Source of the DNA: Candidatus Saganbacteria bacterium
GTDB lineage: Bacteria > Margulisbacteria > WOR-1 > JAKLHX01
NCBI GenBank assembly: GCA_026387835.1
Contig: JAPLKZ010000005.1
Coordinates: 30,001 to 62,000 of the forward strand
Reading direction: 5' to 3'
Length of the DNA: 32,000 nucleotides
Shown: piece after piece, positions 7,694-15,934 of the stretch
How the letters are laid out: every line of letters starts with the position of its first letter
Position numbering within the stretch: position 1 is the stretch's first letter
Translations under genes and position numbers: made by a program
The notes under the pieces: model-generated
Told to the model about the DNA's origin: nothing
What the model saw: the letters and a program-made list of their open reading frames with translations, nothing else
Databases searched by the model: none

Positions 7694-9109
7694 TTGAAAA
7701 ACATTCTTCTTTCGGTGATCTCCGGTTTATTGCTCACGCTGTGTTTCCCGAAGTTCGGGATCAGTATACTCGTATGGATCGCCCTGGTCCCTTTCTTTGT
7801 CTCCATATATTCTTCAAAGAACATAAAACAGGCTTTATTTTACGCCTTTATTTTCGGGATGTGTTACTTCGGCGGAGTCCTTTTTTGGGTTAGTTTAATA
7901 TCGCGCTGGGTAGGCGGTTTCGGTTACGTCGCATGGGTGCTGCTAAGTATCTATCAGACATTTTACATAATGCTTTTTGCCTATGCCGCTTTTTTGTCGA
8001 TGAATTCCTTTCATAAGTCAACAAATATGTTGTTGATACCCTTTTTGTGGGCTGCAGTCGAGTGGCTTCGCTGCTTCGGCGAGTTCGCGGTGCCTGGGGC
8101 TCTGCTCGGGCTGACTCAATACAGGAACCTTCCAATAATACAGATAGCGAATGTGTTCGGTGTCTTCGGCGTAAGCTTTATCATCGTAATAGTAAATTAT
8201 GTGATTTTTCTGGCCGTGATATCGGAGGGTTCATTTATCGAGAGGTTTATTAAGTTATGGCCGAAGATCGCTTTCGTGTCCGTGCTGGTGGTGGCGGTCT
8301 ACGCGAAGGGGATAGATGTCTTGAATGAGACTAATTATGACCCGTTCGAGCGGGAAATAAAGATCGCTGTCATACAGCCGGACATCGGACAGGAAGAAAA
8401 ACTCAATCCCAGGAACACTTATGACATGTTGAACCTGCTTGACTTCATGAGCAGGTCTTCTTTCATGGAAGCCCCGGATATAATAATATGGCCGGAAACG
8501 GCTGTCATGACGTTCATAGAAAAAGACGCGGCAGCCTTATCAAAGCTGAAGGATATAACAAAAAAAGGCAGATGCTATCTTGTGACGGGCGGCTTTTATT
8601 CAAAGGACGGGAAGATCTTCAATTCGGTCTTTTCTCTCTCTCCGGACGGAAAGATAATCTCAAGATATGACAAGGAGCATCTTGTGCCTTTCGGGGAATA
8701 TCTGCCTTTCAAATGGATGATCTATCCGTTCCTGAGGTCTACCGGATATTTTGAGACCGACCAGTACGGCGGCAAAGATCCCGGGCCTCTGTCGATCGGT
8801 TCCCTGAAAGCGGGATGCATGGTCTGTTTTGAGTCTTTGTTCGACGGCCTTGGCCGTCAGAGGAGCAAAGGGACCCATTTTCTTCTGACGGTCACTAACG
8901 ATGCATGGTTCGGTCAAAGCGCCGCGGCCGAGCAGCATATAATGGCGGCCCCGTTCAGGGCGATAGAGAACAGGAAATACCTGGTCCAGGCAGCCAACAC
9001 CGGGATAAGCGCGTTTGTCGACCCCTGCGGCAGGTTCATCAAAAGATCAGAGCTTGAGGAGCGCAGGGTCCTTATCTTGAACCTTCCTTTAAGTAGCGGA
9101 GTCCGATGA
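7694..9109 (+). CDS. lnt: apolipoprotein N-acyltransferase
   Basis: TTG start with no in-frame ATG for 55 codons. Multi-TM N-terminal half, then a CN-hydrolase domain with Glu/Lys/Cys contexts IIWPETA, YDKEHLVPFGEYLP and GCMVCFESLF. Confidence 0.85.
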   Translation: MKNILLSVISGLLLTLCFPKFGISILVWIALVPFFVSIYSSKNIKQALFYAFIFGMCYFGGVLFWVSLISRWVGGFGYVAWVLLSIYQTFYIMLFAYAAFLSMNSFHKSTNMLLIPFLWAAVEWLRCFGEFAVPGALLGLTQYRNLPIIQIANVFGVFGVSFIIVIVNYVIFLAVISEGSFIERFIKLWPKIAFVSVLVVAVYAKGIDVLNETNYDPFEREIKIAVIQPDIGQEEKLNPRNTYDMLNLLDFMSRSSFMEAPDIIIWPETAVMTFIEKDAAALSKLKDITKKGRCYLVTGGFYSKDGKIFNSVFSLSPDGKIISRYDKEHLVPFGEYLPFKWMIYPFLRSTGYFETDQYGGKDPGPLSIGSLKAGCMVCFESLFDGLGRQRSKGTHFLLTVTNDAWFGQSAAAEQHIMAAPFRAIENRKYLVQAANTGISAFVDPCGRFIKRSELEERRVLILNLPLSSGVR

Positions 9110-9479
9110 CCACAGCGGCGTAATCATCATACGGTTCATGGGGTATCAAAAGGGTCCTGGGCACAAGCCGCAATAAACCTTTGGGCGGGTTCTCTTTCCA
9201 GTAGAGCCGTCTTGCTTCAAGCGTCGAGCCTTTTTCGTTGATGAAGATAACGCTTGCCTTGATATTAAGTGAAGATATTTTTTTCTCGATTATCCTTCCG
9301 GGCCCGCCGTTGCCTATCAGGATGATGCTGACAGCGTATTTGTAGCAGTAGGAAGGGATGTCGTCACTGAGCACGAGGGTCTTTATCACGGTCCTTTCAA
9401 GGATCTTTCCTGCAGGATCCAGCACAGCCAGGCCTGACTTGAATTTACCCGGGTCGATCGACAGGATATTTCCCTGCAT
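9072..9479 (-). CDS. YqgF/RuvX-like RNase-H-fold nuclease (putative pre-16S rRNA nuclease / resolvase-like)
   Basis: 135 aa. ILSIDPGKFKSGLAVLD resembles the YqgF N-terminal Asp motif. IILIGNG, INEKGSTLEARRLY and a C-terminal DDYAAVVIGLRYL parallel RuvX blocks. The 3' end overlaps lnt by 38 nt. Confidence 0.55.
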   Translation of the reverse strand: MQGNILSIDPGKFKSGLAVLDPAGKILERTVIKTLVLSDDIPSYCYKYAVSIILIGNGGPGRIIEKKISSLNIKASVIFINEKGSTLEARRLYWKENPPKGLLRLVPRTLLIPHEPYDDYAAVVIGLRYLKEGSR

Positions 9480-9490
9480 TTTCGGCCTCC

Positions 9491-10495
9491 TTATTTAGTG
9501 ATCTTCAGGTTTATTTCCAGCGGGCCTGCGGAATAGATATCTTTTGAAGTATCCACAGACAGGATGACTGTCCGGTTCATCGATCTTATGTTCTTGGAGG
9601 CATCAAATATCTTTGAATAAGGGATATTGCCGACGGACCCGTCGATGTTCGGCACCATCCGTTTGCTTATCGCCGTCTCATTCACCTGTGACAGTGTCTC
9701 TTTTATCTTTTGCTCTATGGCGGGAAGCGGCTGCCTGCCGTCGACTTCCGACCTTAATATAGTTTCGCCTTTTTTGAATATAAGCGCGTTCTCGAACAAT
9801 TCAAAGTGGACGGGGATCTCTTCACCGAGGATGACATTGCCGGCCGCGACGACCCTGACGATGGTGCTGCCGGGATGCGCCGCCATGAAATTTACCGCTT
9901 CATCCAGTTCGCTGCTCGGCATCAATATGTAATGTTTTTTGTCGCCTTTTACATTGCTTTTGATGATCGAATCGGTCTCGGCAAGGATGCTTCCGAGCTT
10001 GTCCCTGCAGAGCTCCGGCCTGCCGGAAGAATCTATCACGGTCGAAAGGATAACATCATTGACCTTAAAAAGAAGAAGACCCGATCTCGCGGTCCTGATC
10101 TCTTTGCTCAGGTTCTCCTTTGTCTTTGTCAGGGACAGGACATCCTTTTTCGAAGCATCAAGCGTGTTTTTCAGGATCGAGATATCGCTTAAAAGCGCCT
10201 GCCTGTCGGCTTTTATCTTTTCAAGCTCGATGCTTCTTTCGGAGATCATCTTCTTAAGGCCGTCCAGTCCGAAAAGAGCCGTTCTTACATCGGCCGATGC
10301 CAGAAAAAGGATCACACCTGTGGTGAGCGCTATCAGAGAGCCGGTGATCACGGTTATCGCGGTAGCTGTGTGCCTTGGCCTGAGGTTAAATGCCGTGAGC
10401 CTTTTTTTGCCGATAGATCTGCCGACTATATTGCCTATATAGGCGATAAGGCCGGAGACGAAGATTATGACGACGATTATTTGTATTGCGAACAT
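9491..10495 (-). CDS. DUF3084-like membrane protein with coiled coil
   Basis: Two N-terminal TM helices flank GRSIGKKRLTAFNLRPRHTA, which matches my memory of the DUF3084 N-terminal signature. A coiled-coil segment follows (ELEKIKADRQALLSDISILKNTLDASKKDV), then a C-terminal globular region. Confidence 0.55.
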   Translation of the reverse strand: MFAIQIIVVIIFVSGLIAYIGNIVGRSIGKKRLTAFNLRPRHTATAITVITGSLIALTTGVILFLASADVRTALFGLDGLKKMISERSIELEKIKADRQALLSDISILKNTLDASKKDVLSLTKTKENLSKEIRTARSGLLLFKVNDVILSTVIDSSGRPELCRDKLGSILAETDSIIKSNVKGDKKHYILMPSSELDEAVNFMAAHPGSTIVRVVAAGNVILGEEIPVHFELFENALIFKKGETILRSEVDGRQPLPAIEQKIKETLSQVNETAISKRMVPNIDGSVGNIPYSKIFDASKNIRSMNRTVILSVDTSKDIYSAGPLEINLKITK

Positions 10496-10502
10496 CTTGT
10501 AT

Positions 10503-11585
10503 CTATTGCCCCGCCTTGTATAATATCCACCCGCCGATGCCCGCCGTTATCACGTTCGGCAGCCAGGCCGAAAGAAAAGGAGATATCATCTCCATCTCCC
10601 CCGCCGCCATGCCGATGAACATCAGCACATAATAGACAAAAATTATTATAACACTTATGCCGAGCCCGATAGACGAGGATTTTCTTGTCGGATTGAGCCC
10701 GAGCGGAGCCCCCAGAAGAGCGAACACGAAACAGGCGAACGGTATCGAGAGCTTCATGTTGAGCTGGATCAGCAGGTCAGTCACGTTGGCGCCCATCTTT
10801 TTCTTCAGGTCTATATAGTCCCTCAGCGAGTTGAAGTTCATCTCGTCCGGTTTCTTGTCCCCCATATAAAGGTCCGCCGGGGTGAACTTGATGGTGATAT
10901 ACTGCTCGTCGAATTTCAAAAGATGCTTGTATTCCCCCGTGTCGGACAACAGATACGTTATGCCGTTCCTGAACACCCACTTGTCATTCTGCCACTGCGC
11001 GGTCTTGGCGTTGACCAGCTGGCTCAGCTGCCCGTTATTGAATTCCTGTATGATGACCCCTTCCATCACATTGCCTTTGATCTTTCTCGCGTAAAAGATC
11101 CTTTTTAAGGTGCCTTGTTCAAGCTCGGGCATGAAGACGTTATCCTGTATTTTAGGAGCCTTGTCGATCCTTGTCTGCACCATAAGAAAAGCCGAAGCCC
11201 TGTTGGCCTCCGGCACGATTATTTCGTAGAAAGAGAGCGTCAGAAAACTGATGACCAGGCCCATTATAAGGACCGGAACCATAAGCCTGTAAAGGCTGAC
11301 CCCGCCGGCCCTGAAGGCGGTCACTTCCTTGTCGGCCGAGAGCCTTGCGAACGAAAGTATGGCGGCGAGCAGCATCGCCATCGGGAAGATATAGACCATG
11401 ACGGACGGCAGCCTGAACAGAAAAAGCTGCACTGCGATGTAAAAAGGCATGCCCATCAGGATGACCGCTCTTACAAGCTCGAACATGACCATGCTGGCTG
11501 AAAGGATGAGAGTGAAGGCGGCGACCCCGAAAATAAAAGGGTCTAAAAGTTCCTTGATGATGTAACGGTCAAGTATCTTTATCAC
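10503..11585 (-). CDS. LptF/LptG-family LPS export permease (YjgP/YjgQ)
   Basis: 360 aa. The start MIKILDRYIIKELLDPFIFG is typical of the family. Topology is 3 TM, a periplasmic beta-jellyroll insert, then 3 TM. It overlaps the lptB stop by 4 nt. Confidence 0.85.
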   Translation of the reverse strand: MIKILDRYIIKELLDPFIFGVAAFTLILSASMVMFELVRAVILMGMPFYIAVQLFLFRLPSVMVYIFPMAMLLAAILSFARLSADKEVTAFRAGGVSLYRLMVPVLIMGLVISFLTLSFYEIIVPEANRASAFLMVQTRIDKAPKIQDNVFMPELEQGTLKRIFYARKIKGNVMEGVIIQEFNNGQLSQLVNAKTAQWQNDKWVFRNGITYLLSDTGEYKHLLKFDEQYITIKFTPADLYMGDKKPDEMNFNSLRDYIDLKKKMGANVTDLLIQLNMKLSIPFACFVFALLGAPLGLNPTRKSSSIGLGISVIIIFVYYVLMFIGMAAGEMEMISPFLSAWLPNVITAGIGGWILYKAGQ

Positions 11586-12304
11586 AGTTTAAATTCTTCC
11601 CCTAGGTAGATCTTTTTTGCAGTCTCGTCATTGGCTATATATGAAGAATTGCCGGACACAAGTATCTTTCCTTTTTGAATGATGTAAGCGCGGTCTACTA
11701 TAGCAAGGGTCTCCCGGACGTTGTGATCGGTGATAAGTATCCCCAGTCCTTTGTTTTTCAGGTATATGATGATCTTCTGGAGTTCCGATACCGTTATCGG
11801 GTCGATGCCCGTGAAAGGCTCGTCCAGCAGCAGGAACATGGGTTCCATTGCAAGCGCCCGGGCGATCTCGACCCTGCGTGCTTCCCCTCCGGAAAGCTGG
11901 TAGCAGCGGTTGTGGCGCAGGTGCTTCACCCCGAGCTCGTCAAGGACTGTGTCAAGTTTAGGCTGGTAATCCTCTTTTTTTACTTTTCCGGTAGCTTCCC
12001 AAAGCATGATGATGTTCTCTTCCACGGTGAGTTTTTTAAATATGGATTGTTCCTGGGGCAGATACCCGAGTCCCATCTGCGCCCTTTTATGCATAGGCAT
12101 ATAAGTGATCTCGTTGCCTTCGAGGTAGACATGTCCGCTGTCCGGTTTTGCCAGGCCGACGACCATGTAGAACGAAGTCGTTTTTCCGGCGCCGTTCGGG
12201 CCGAGCAGCCCGACCACCTCGCCCTGTTTCACGTCTATCGAAACTTCATCGACGACTTTTTTACTTCCGTAGGATTTGACCAGCTTTTCGGCTTTGATAT
12301 ACAT
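11582..12304 (-). CDS. lptB: LPS export ABC transporter ATP-binding protein LptB
   Basis: Close block-by-block resemblance to E. coli LptB: GLLGPNGAGKTTSFYMVVGL, GLGYLPQEQSIFKKLTV, LSGGEARRVEIARAL, LLLDEPFTGIDP, ITDHNVRETL and the C-terminal YLGEEFKL. Confidence 0.93.
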   Translation of the reverse strand: MYIKAEKLVKSYGSKKVVDEVSIDVKQGEVVGLLGPNGAGKTTSFYMVVGLAKPDSGHVYLEGNEITYMPMHKRAQMGLGYLPQEQSIFKKLTVEENIIMLWEATGKVKKEDYQPKLDTVLDELGVKHLRHNRCYQLSGGEARRVEIARALAMEPMFLLLDEPFTGIDPITVSELQKIIIYLKNKGLGILITDHNVRETLAIVDRAYIIQKGKILVSGNSSYIANDETAKKIYLGEEFKL

Positions 12305-12315
12305 AGATAGACTCC

Positions 12316-13335
12316 TTAACTCTGTTTATTCGTAAACTTCTTCAATTCCTCCAGCTTCTTCAATGCTTCGCCTGATCTTATCGCCTGTTCGGCTTTTTTT
12401 ATCCCTTCAGAAAGGTCCGCGGCCTTCCTTCCCACGACTATTGCCGCAGCCGCGTTCAGTACCGCGATATCATGTTTCGGCCCTTTTTCTTTTCCGGAAA
12501 GGACGGCTATGGCGGTCTTTGCGTTGTTGCCCGCTTCCCCGCCGGAAACATCCGACATCCTGCATTTCTTTAGTCCCAATGACTCGGGTTCAATATAGTA
12601 TTCTTTTATTACACCGCCTTCAAGATATGCGACTTTTGTCCTGTCGGACAAAGAGATCTCGTCGATCCCGTCCATCCCGTGGACTACCATCGCGGTCTCG
12701 CAACCCTGGTCTTTGAGCACCTGAGCCATCACAGTAGTAAGACCTGCCGCATACACGCCCATAAGCTGTCCCTTTGTGTTCGCCGGATTGCTTACCGGCC
12801 CGAGGATGTTAAAGACGGTCCTTATGCCGATCTCTTTTCTCGCCGGCGCGGCAAACTTCATGGCTTCATGAAATACCGGCGCAAAGATAAAACCGATGCC
12901 AACCTCATCGATACAATCCCTTACTTGTTCGGGAGCGATATTTATTTTTATCCCCAAAGCTTCAAGAAGGTCCGCGCTTCCGCATCTTGAAGAGACGGCG
13001 CGGTTGCCGTGTTTTGCGACGACCACCCCGGCTCCCGAAGCGATAAAAGCGGACACGGTCGAGATATTAAAAGTTCCCGAGACATCGCCGCCCGTCCCGC
13101 AGGTATCCACGAAATATCTCGTCTTCAATTTCAGGGGGACCGCGTGCTGCCTCATGACCTTTGCGAACCCGGAGATCTCCTCGGCTGTCTCGCCTTTGAT
13201 CCTGAGAGCAGTGATAAGCGAAGCGATCTGGCATGACGTGGTTTTCCCCGTCATTATTTCTTCCATCACGCGGGAAGAATCATCCTTCGTAAGATCTTTT
13301 CCGTCGACAAGGGCCTTTATGTATTCCCGTATCAT
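12316..13335 (-). CDS. trpD: anthranilate phosphoribosyltransferase
   Basis: 339 aa. Motifs DTCGTGGD, AKHGNRAVSSRCGSADLLEALG and NILGPVSNP are canonical TrpD. Confidence 0.93.
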   Translation of the reverse strand: MIREYIKALVDGKDLTKDDSSRVMEEIMTGKTTSCQIASLITALRIKGETAEEISGFAKVMRQHAVPLKLKTRYFVDTCGTGGDVSGTFNISTVSAFIASGAGVVVAKHGNRAVSSRCGSADLLEALGIKINIAPEQVRDCIDEVGIGFIFAPVFHEAMKFAAPARKEIGIRTVFNILGPVSNPANTKGQLMGVYAAGLTTVMAQVLKDQGCETAMVVHGMDGIDEISLSDRTKVAYLEGGVIKEYYIEPESLGLKKCRMSDVSGGEAGNNAKTAIAVLSGKEKGPKHDIAVLNAAAAIVVGRKAADLSEGIKKAEQAIRSGEALKKLEELKKFTNKQS

Positions 13336-13962
13336 TTAATTCTTTTTAGGGTTGAAAAGCAGGTCAACCGCCTGTCCCTTTACTTTTATCCTCAATGTGA
13401 GAGGGTATTCAAGCCTGAAATTAGAGATGAAACATAGTATCCCGTTCCTTTCCGAACCCTTGTAAATAGGCCTGAACGAAAAATAATTATCAATTCCATA
13501 CTGGATTATCTGCGTTAATTTCCCTTTTGTCGGAGCATCCAGCGCCCCCATGATTGTATTTACCGAGGTATTGATTATCTGGTCCTGTATCGCACTGCTT
13601 CCCGGCCCGCCGGCAACAGTGTTCTTGACGCTCTGGACTTCATCCCGGGTCAGCAGCCTTACCGGCTTGAGGTCCCTTCCGTCAAATAAGGCGATAGAAT
13701 ATTCCCCGGGCTCGATATCGGCCCCTGTGTTATTGATCAATTTGACAGACGAGGCGATGATGTAGTTATAGCCGATCATTGCAGCAGAGATCTTTATCTT
13801 GTCGCCTGAATAATACGCAAAATCGATGTCTTTATCATTGTAGCAGCCGATCTTTCCGGGGTTTTTTTGAGGCTCGTATTTTTTTGTGTTGTACTGGGAT
13901 ACCTGGGAGCAGCCCAACATAAAAGGAAACAGGCAGATAAAAACAACAAGAACTTTTCTCAT
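13336..13962 (-). CDS. hypothetical lipoprotein (208 aa)
   Basis: Signal peptide plus lipobox (FPFMLG-C). The stop codon directly abuts the trpD start. No family recognised. Confidence 0.6.
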   Translation of the reverse strand: MRKVLVVFICLFPFMLGCSQVSQYNTKKYEPQKNPGKIGCYNDKDIDFAYYSGDKIKISAAMIGYNYIIASSVKLINNTGADIEPGEYSIALFDGRDLKPVRLLTRDEVQSVKNTVAGGPGSSAIQDQIINTSVNTIMGALDAPTKGKLTQIIQYGIDNYFSFRPIYKGSERNGILCFISNFRLEYPLTLRIKVKGQAVDLLFNPKKN

Positions 13963-13963
13963 A

Positions 13964-14380
13964 TCAGAAACTCCTGCCTACCGAAAAACTGATAGAGTTT
14001 GAATTATTATTCTCGTTGCTTTCCCTGACCGTATTATTGTAATCGGCAGTGGCCTTAAATAGGTATTTCTTTCCGGCCGACACTGAATACGTGACCCTGT
14101 TGGCGTAGATATTGCCTGGGTCGATCGAAGGGACGTTCTGCTGGATGACCGGCATATTTCCCGTCGTTAAAGCTTCAACCCTGGTTTTAGATGCTTTTGC
14201 CGCGGCTTTCCCCTGGTTCTTTACTGTGTAGATGACGTCGACTTTCCCGTCTTTTTTTACGTGGGAATTATCCACCTTAATATCAGTGACGGCAAGGTCG
14301 GGCAGGGGAGGCGGTGCGGACAAAGCAGTTGAAGAGATTAATATCATCGCGATCATGCACGCCGGTACGGTCTTTTTCAT
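13964..14380 (-). CDS. secreted CARDB-domain protein
   Basis: Signal peptide. The segment DLAVTDIKV...GKVDVIYTVKNQG...ATADYNNTVRESNENNN is the typical CARDB beta-sandwich pattern, including the terminal (E)SNExNN motif. Confidence 0.65.
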   Translation of the reverse strand: MKKTVPACMIAMILISSTALSAPPPLPDLAVTDIKVDNSHVKKDGKVDVIYTVKNQGKAAAKASKTRVEALTTGNMPVIQQNVPSIDPGNIYANRVTYSVSAGKKYLFKATADYNNTVRESNENNNSNSISFSVGRSF

Positions 14381-14505
14381 TTCCTACTCCTTTTTGACCA
14401 CTCGTTTGATATATTATATCATTTGTCGGGTCGGTGGTATCTTAAATAAATCTTCTGATTTAGATATACGGGGCTGCATCTTGTTTTGAGATATTGTATG
14501 AACAC

Positions 14506-14536
14506 GGAACATTTTTGATCATTTGATTGTCTATAA
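14506..14536 (+). promoter_or_regulatory. ECF-type promoter candidate (GGAAC-N18-GTCTA) upstream of the ECF sigma gene
   Basis: Sequence GGAACATTTTTGATCATTTGATTGTCTATAA, 25 nt upstream of the GTG start and its GGAGGG SD. It shares GGAAC.TTTT and ATTGTCTA with the site at 17187-17214. Confidence 0.5.
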
Positions 14537-14560
14537 TTGTAATAGTCGAGGGAGGGACTC

Positions 14561-15052
14561 GTGTCAAAACATTCTTTTGATGAAGTATATGACAGCTGCA
14601 AAAACAGTGTATGGGGATTGATCTCGAAATATTCATTTACAAAAGAAGACAGGGAAGACATCTTCCAGGAGATATTTTTCAATGTCCATAAAGCTTTGCC
14701 GCGTTTCAGGGGGGAATCCTCGATAAAGACCTGGGTCTATAAGATAGCTGTCAACGGGGCGATAAACTATGTCAATAAGCAGAAAAGGCACAGGATGATA
14801 GTCAGCGTGCTCAGTAACTTAAGGATATTAGAACATGAGCCGGCTGAAATCGGAGCTGATGTTGAGATGTTAAAGCCGCTTAAAAAGCTCAATCCGCGGC
14901 AAAGGATGGTGCTTTTACTGTCGGACGTTGAGGAGAAAAAATTGGAAGAAATATCCGGGATCATGAAGATCCCGGTCGGCACGGTCAAATCAAATCTGCA
15001 CCGTGCCAGGGAAATAGTAAGAAAGGAAGCGGTAAAAGATGAAAAAATATAA
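14561..15052 (+). CDS. RNA polymerase ECF (sigma-70 group 4) sigma factor
   Basis: GTG start preceded by GGAGGG. Region 2 is EDIFQEIFFNVHKALPRFRGESSIKTWVYKIAVNGAINY. Region 4 is LNPRQRMVLLLSDVEEKKLEEISGIMKIPVGTVKSNLHRAREIV. Confidence 0.85.
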   Translation: MSKHSFDEVYDSCKNSVWGLISKYSFTKEDREDIFQEIFFNVHKALPRFRGESSIKTWVYKIAVNGAINYVNKQKRHRMIVSVLSNLRILEHEPAEIGADVEMLKPLKKLNPRQRMVLLLSDVEEKKLEEISGIMKIPVGTVKSNLHRAREIVRKEAVKDEKI

Positions 15053-15323
15053 TGACTACGGGGAATATATAGATCATCTCAAGGAATATAAGGTTGAGTT
15101 CGATGATGTGCGCATGTATTCGCAGATCGAAAGCAGGATGGCCCCGGTCCGGACACCACGCAGGCTGGTAATGGCGGGTGCTTTTACGGTCATTTTGATC
15201 GGATCTTTGACATATTTGATCGGGTCCTCCTATCAGCCGGAAAGCGGGGATGTTCTGTCGGAATATGTATTGCAAAGGCCGGCAGCCGAAAATAATTCCG
15301 TCATAAATTATGTTTTCAGATAA
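15039..15323 (+). CDS. putative anti-sigma factor (single-pass membrane protein)
   Basis: Overlaps the sigma gene stop by 14 nt. 94 aa with one TM helix (LVMAGAFTVILIGSLTYLIGS). There is no zinc-binding HxxxCxxC motif, so the call rests on position and topology only. Confidence 0.45.
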   Translation: MKKYNDYGEYIDHLKEYKVEFDDVRMYSQIESRMAPVRTPRRLVMAGAFTVILIGSLTYLIGSSYQPESGDVLSEYVLQRPAAENNSVINYVFR

Positions 15324-15384
15324 AGCGGAACTTTTTTTGATGAGTTATAGTCTAACTATATGTAGAATGGTAAAGGAGAAAAAA

Positions 15385-15864
15385 ATGAAAAACTGGTCTT
15401 TAACGGCAGCCCTGATGATAATGCTCTTGACAGCCGGAAGTTCTCACGCGTTCCCGCATTTTGGCCCGTCTGCGGAAAAGTTTGTCGAACGGATAGCAAA
15501 AGATCTCGGCCTTACCGAAAATCAGAAAAACACTCTTCTTTCCGGAGCAAAGCAGACAGAACTTGAGGAAAAAGATATACATTCAAGCGATAAGGCCATT
15601 TTCGAAAAAATAAAGGAAGAACTCCTGAAAGATAACCCTGACCGCAAGACTATACACGAGTGCATCGAACAGATAGGGCAGAACGAAACAAAGATACAAA
15701 TAAAGCGGATGGACCGGATGATAGATATGCGGAAAATGCTCACCCCCGGGCAAAGGACAAAACTCGAAGCGTTCATGAAAAAAGGAAGAGAACGGGCGGA
15801 AGAAAAGTTCAAAAAAATGAAAAAGAACGACCCAAAGCCCGGAGATCCAAACGGGTCAAAATAA
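15385..15864 (+). CDS. periplasmic CpxP/Spy-family (LTXXQ-motif) protein
   Basis: ATG 15385 is preceded by AAAGGAG; the ORF-track start at 15310 is unlikely. Signal peptide ...AGSSHA. Two LTXXQ motifs (LTENQ, LTPGQ) sit in a helical, Lys/Glu-rich protein. Confidence 0.7.
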   Translation: MKNWSLTAALMIMLLTAGSSHAFPHFGPSAEKFVERIAKDLGLTENQKNTLLSGAKQTELEEKDIHSSDKAIFEKIKEELLKDNPDRKTIHECIEQIGQNETKIQIKRMDRMIDMRKMLTPGQRTKLEAFMKKGRERAEEKFKKMKKNDPKPGDPNGSK

Positions 15865-15888
15865 CACAGCCGATGTATAATATTGTAC

Positions 15889-15917
15889 TTGCCAAATATA
15901 ACGAAAGATATTATAAT
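15889..15917 (+). promoter_or_regulatory. sigma-70-type promoter candidate TTGCCA-N17-TATAAT
   Basis: -35 at 15889-15894 and -10 at 15912-15917, 17 nt upstream of ATG 15935. Confidence 0.4.
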
Positions 15918-15934
15918 TGTTCCAATCAATAACT

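Noticed and set aside
11675-13339. Long + strand ORFs (11675-12310, 12363-12716, 12679-12990, 12896-13339)
   Set aside because: They are antisense to lptB and trpD, which carry unambiguous family motifs. These are shadow ORFs.
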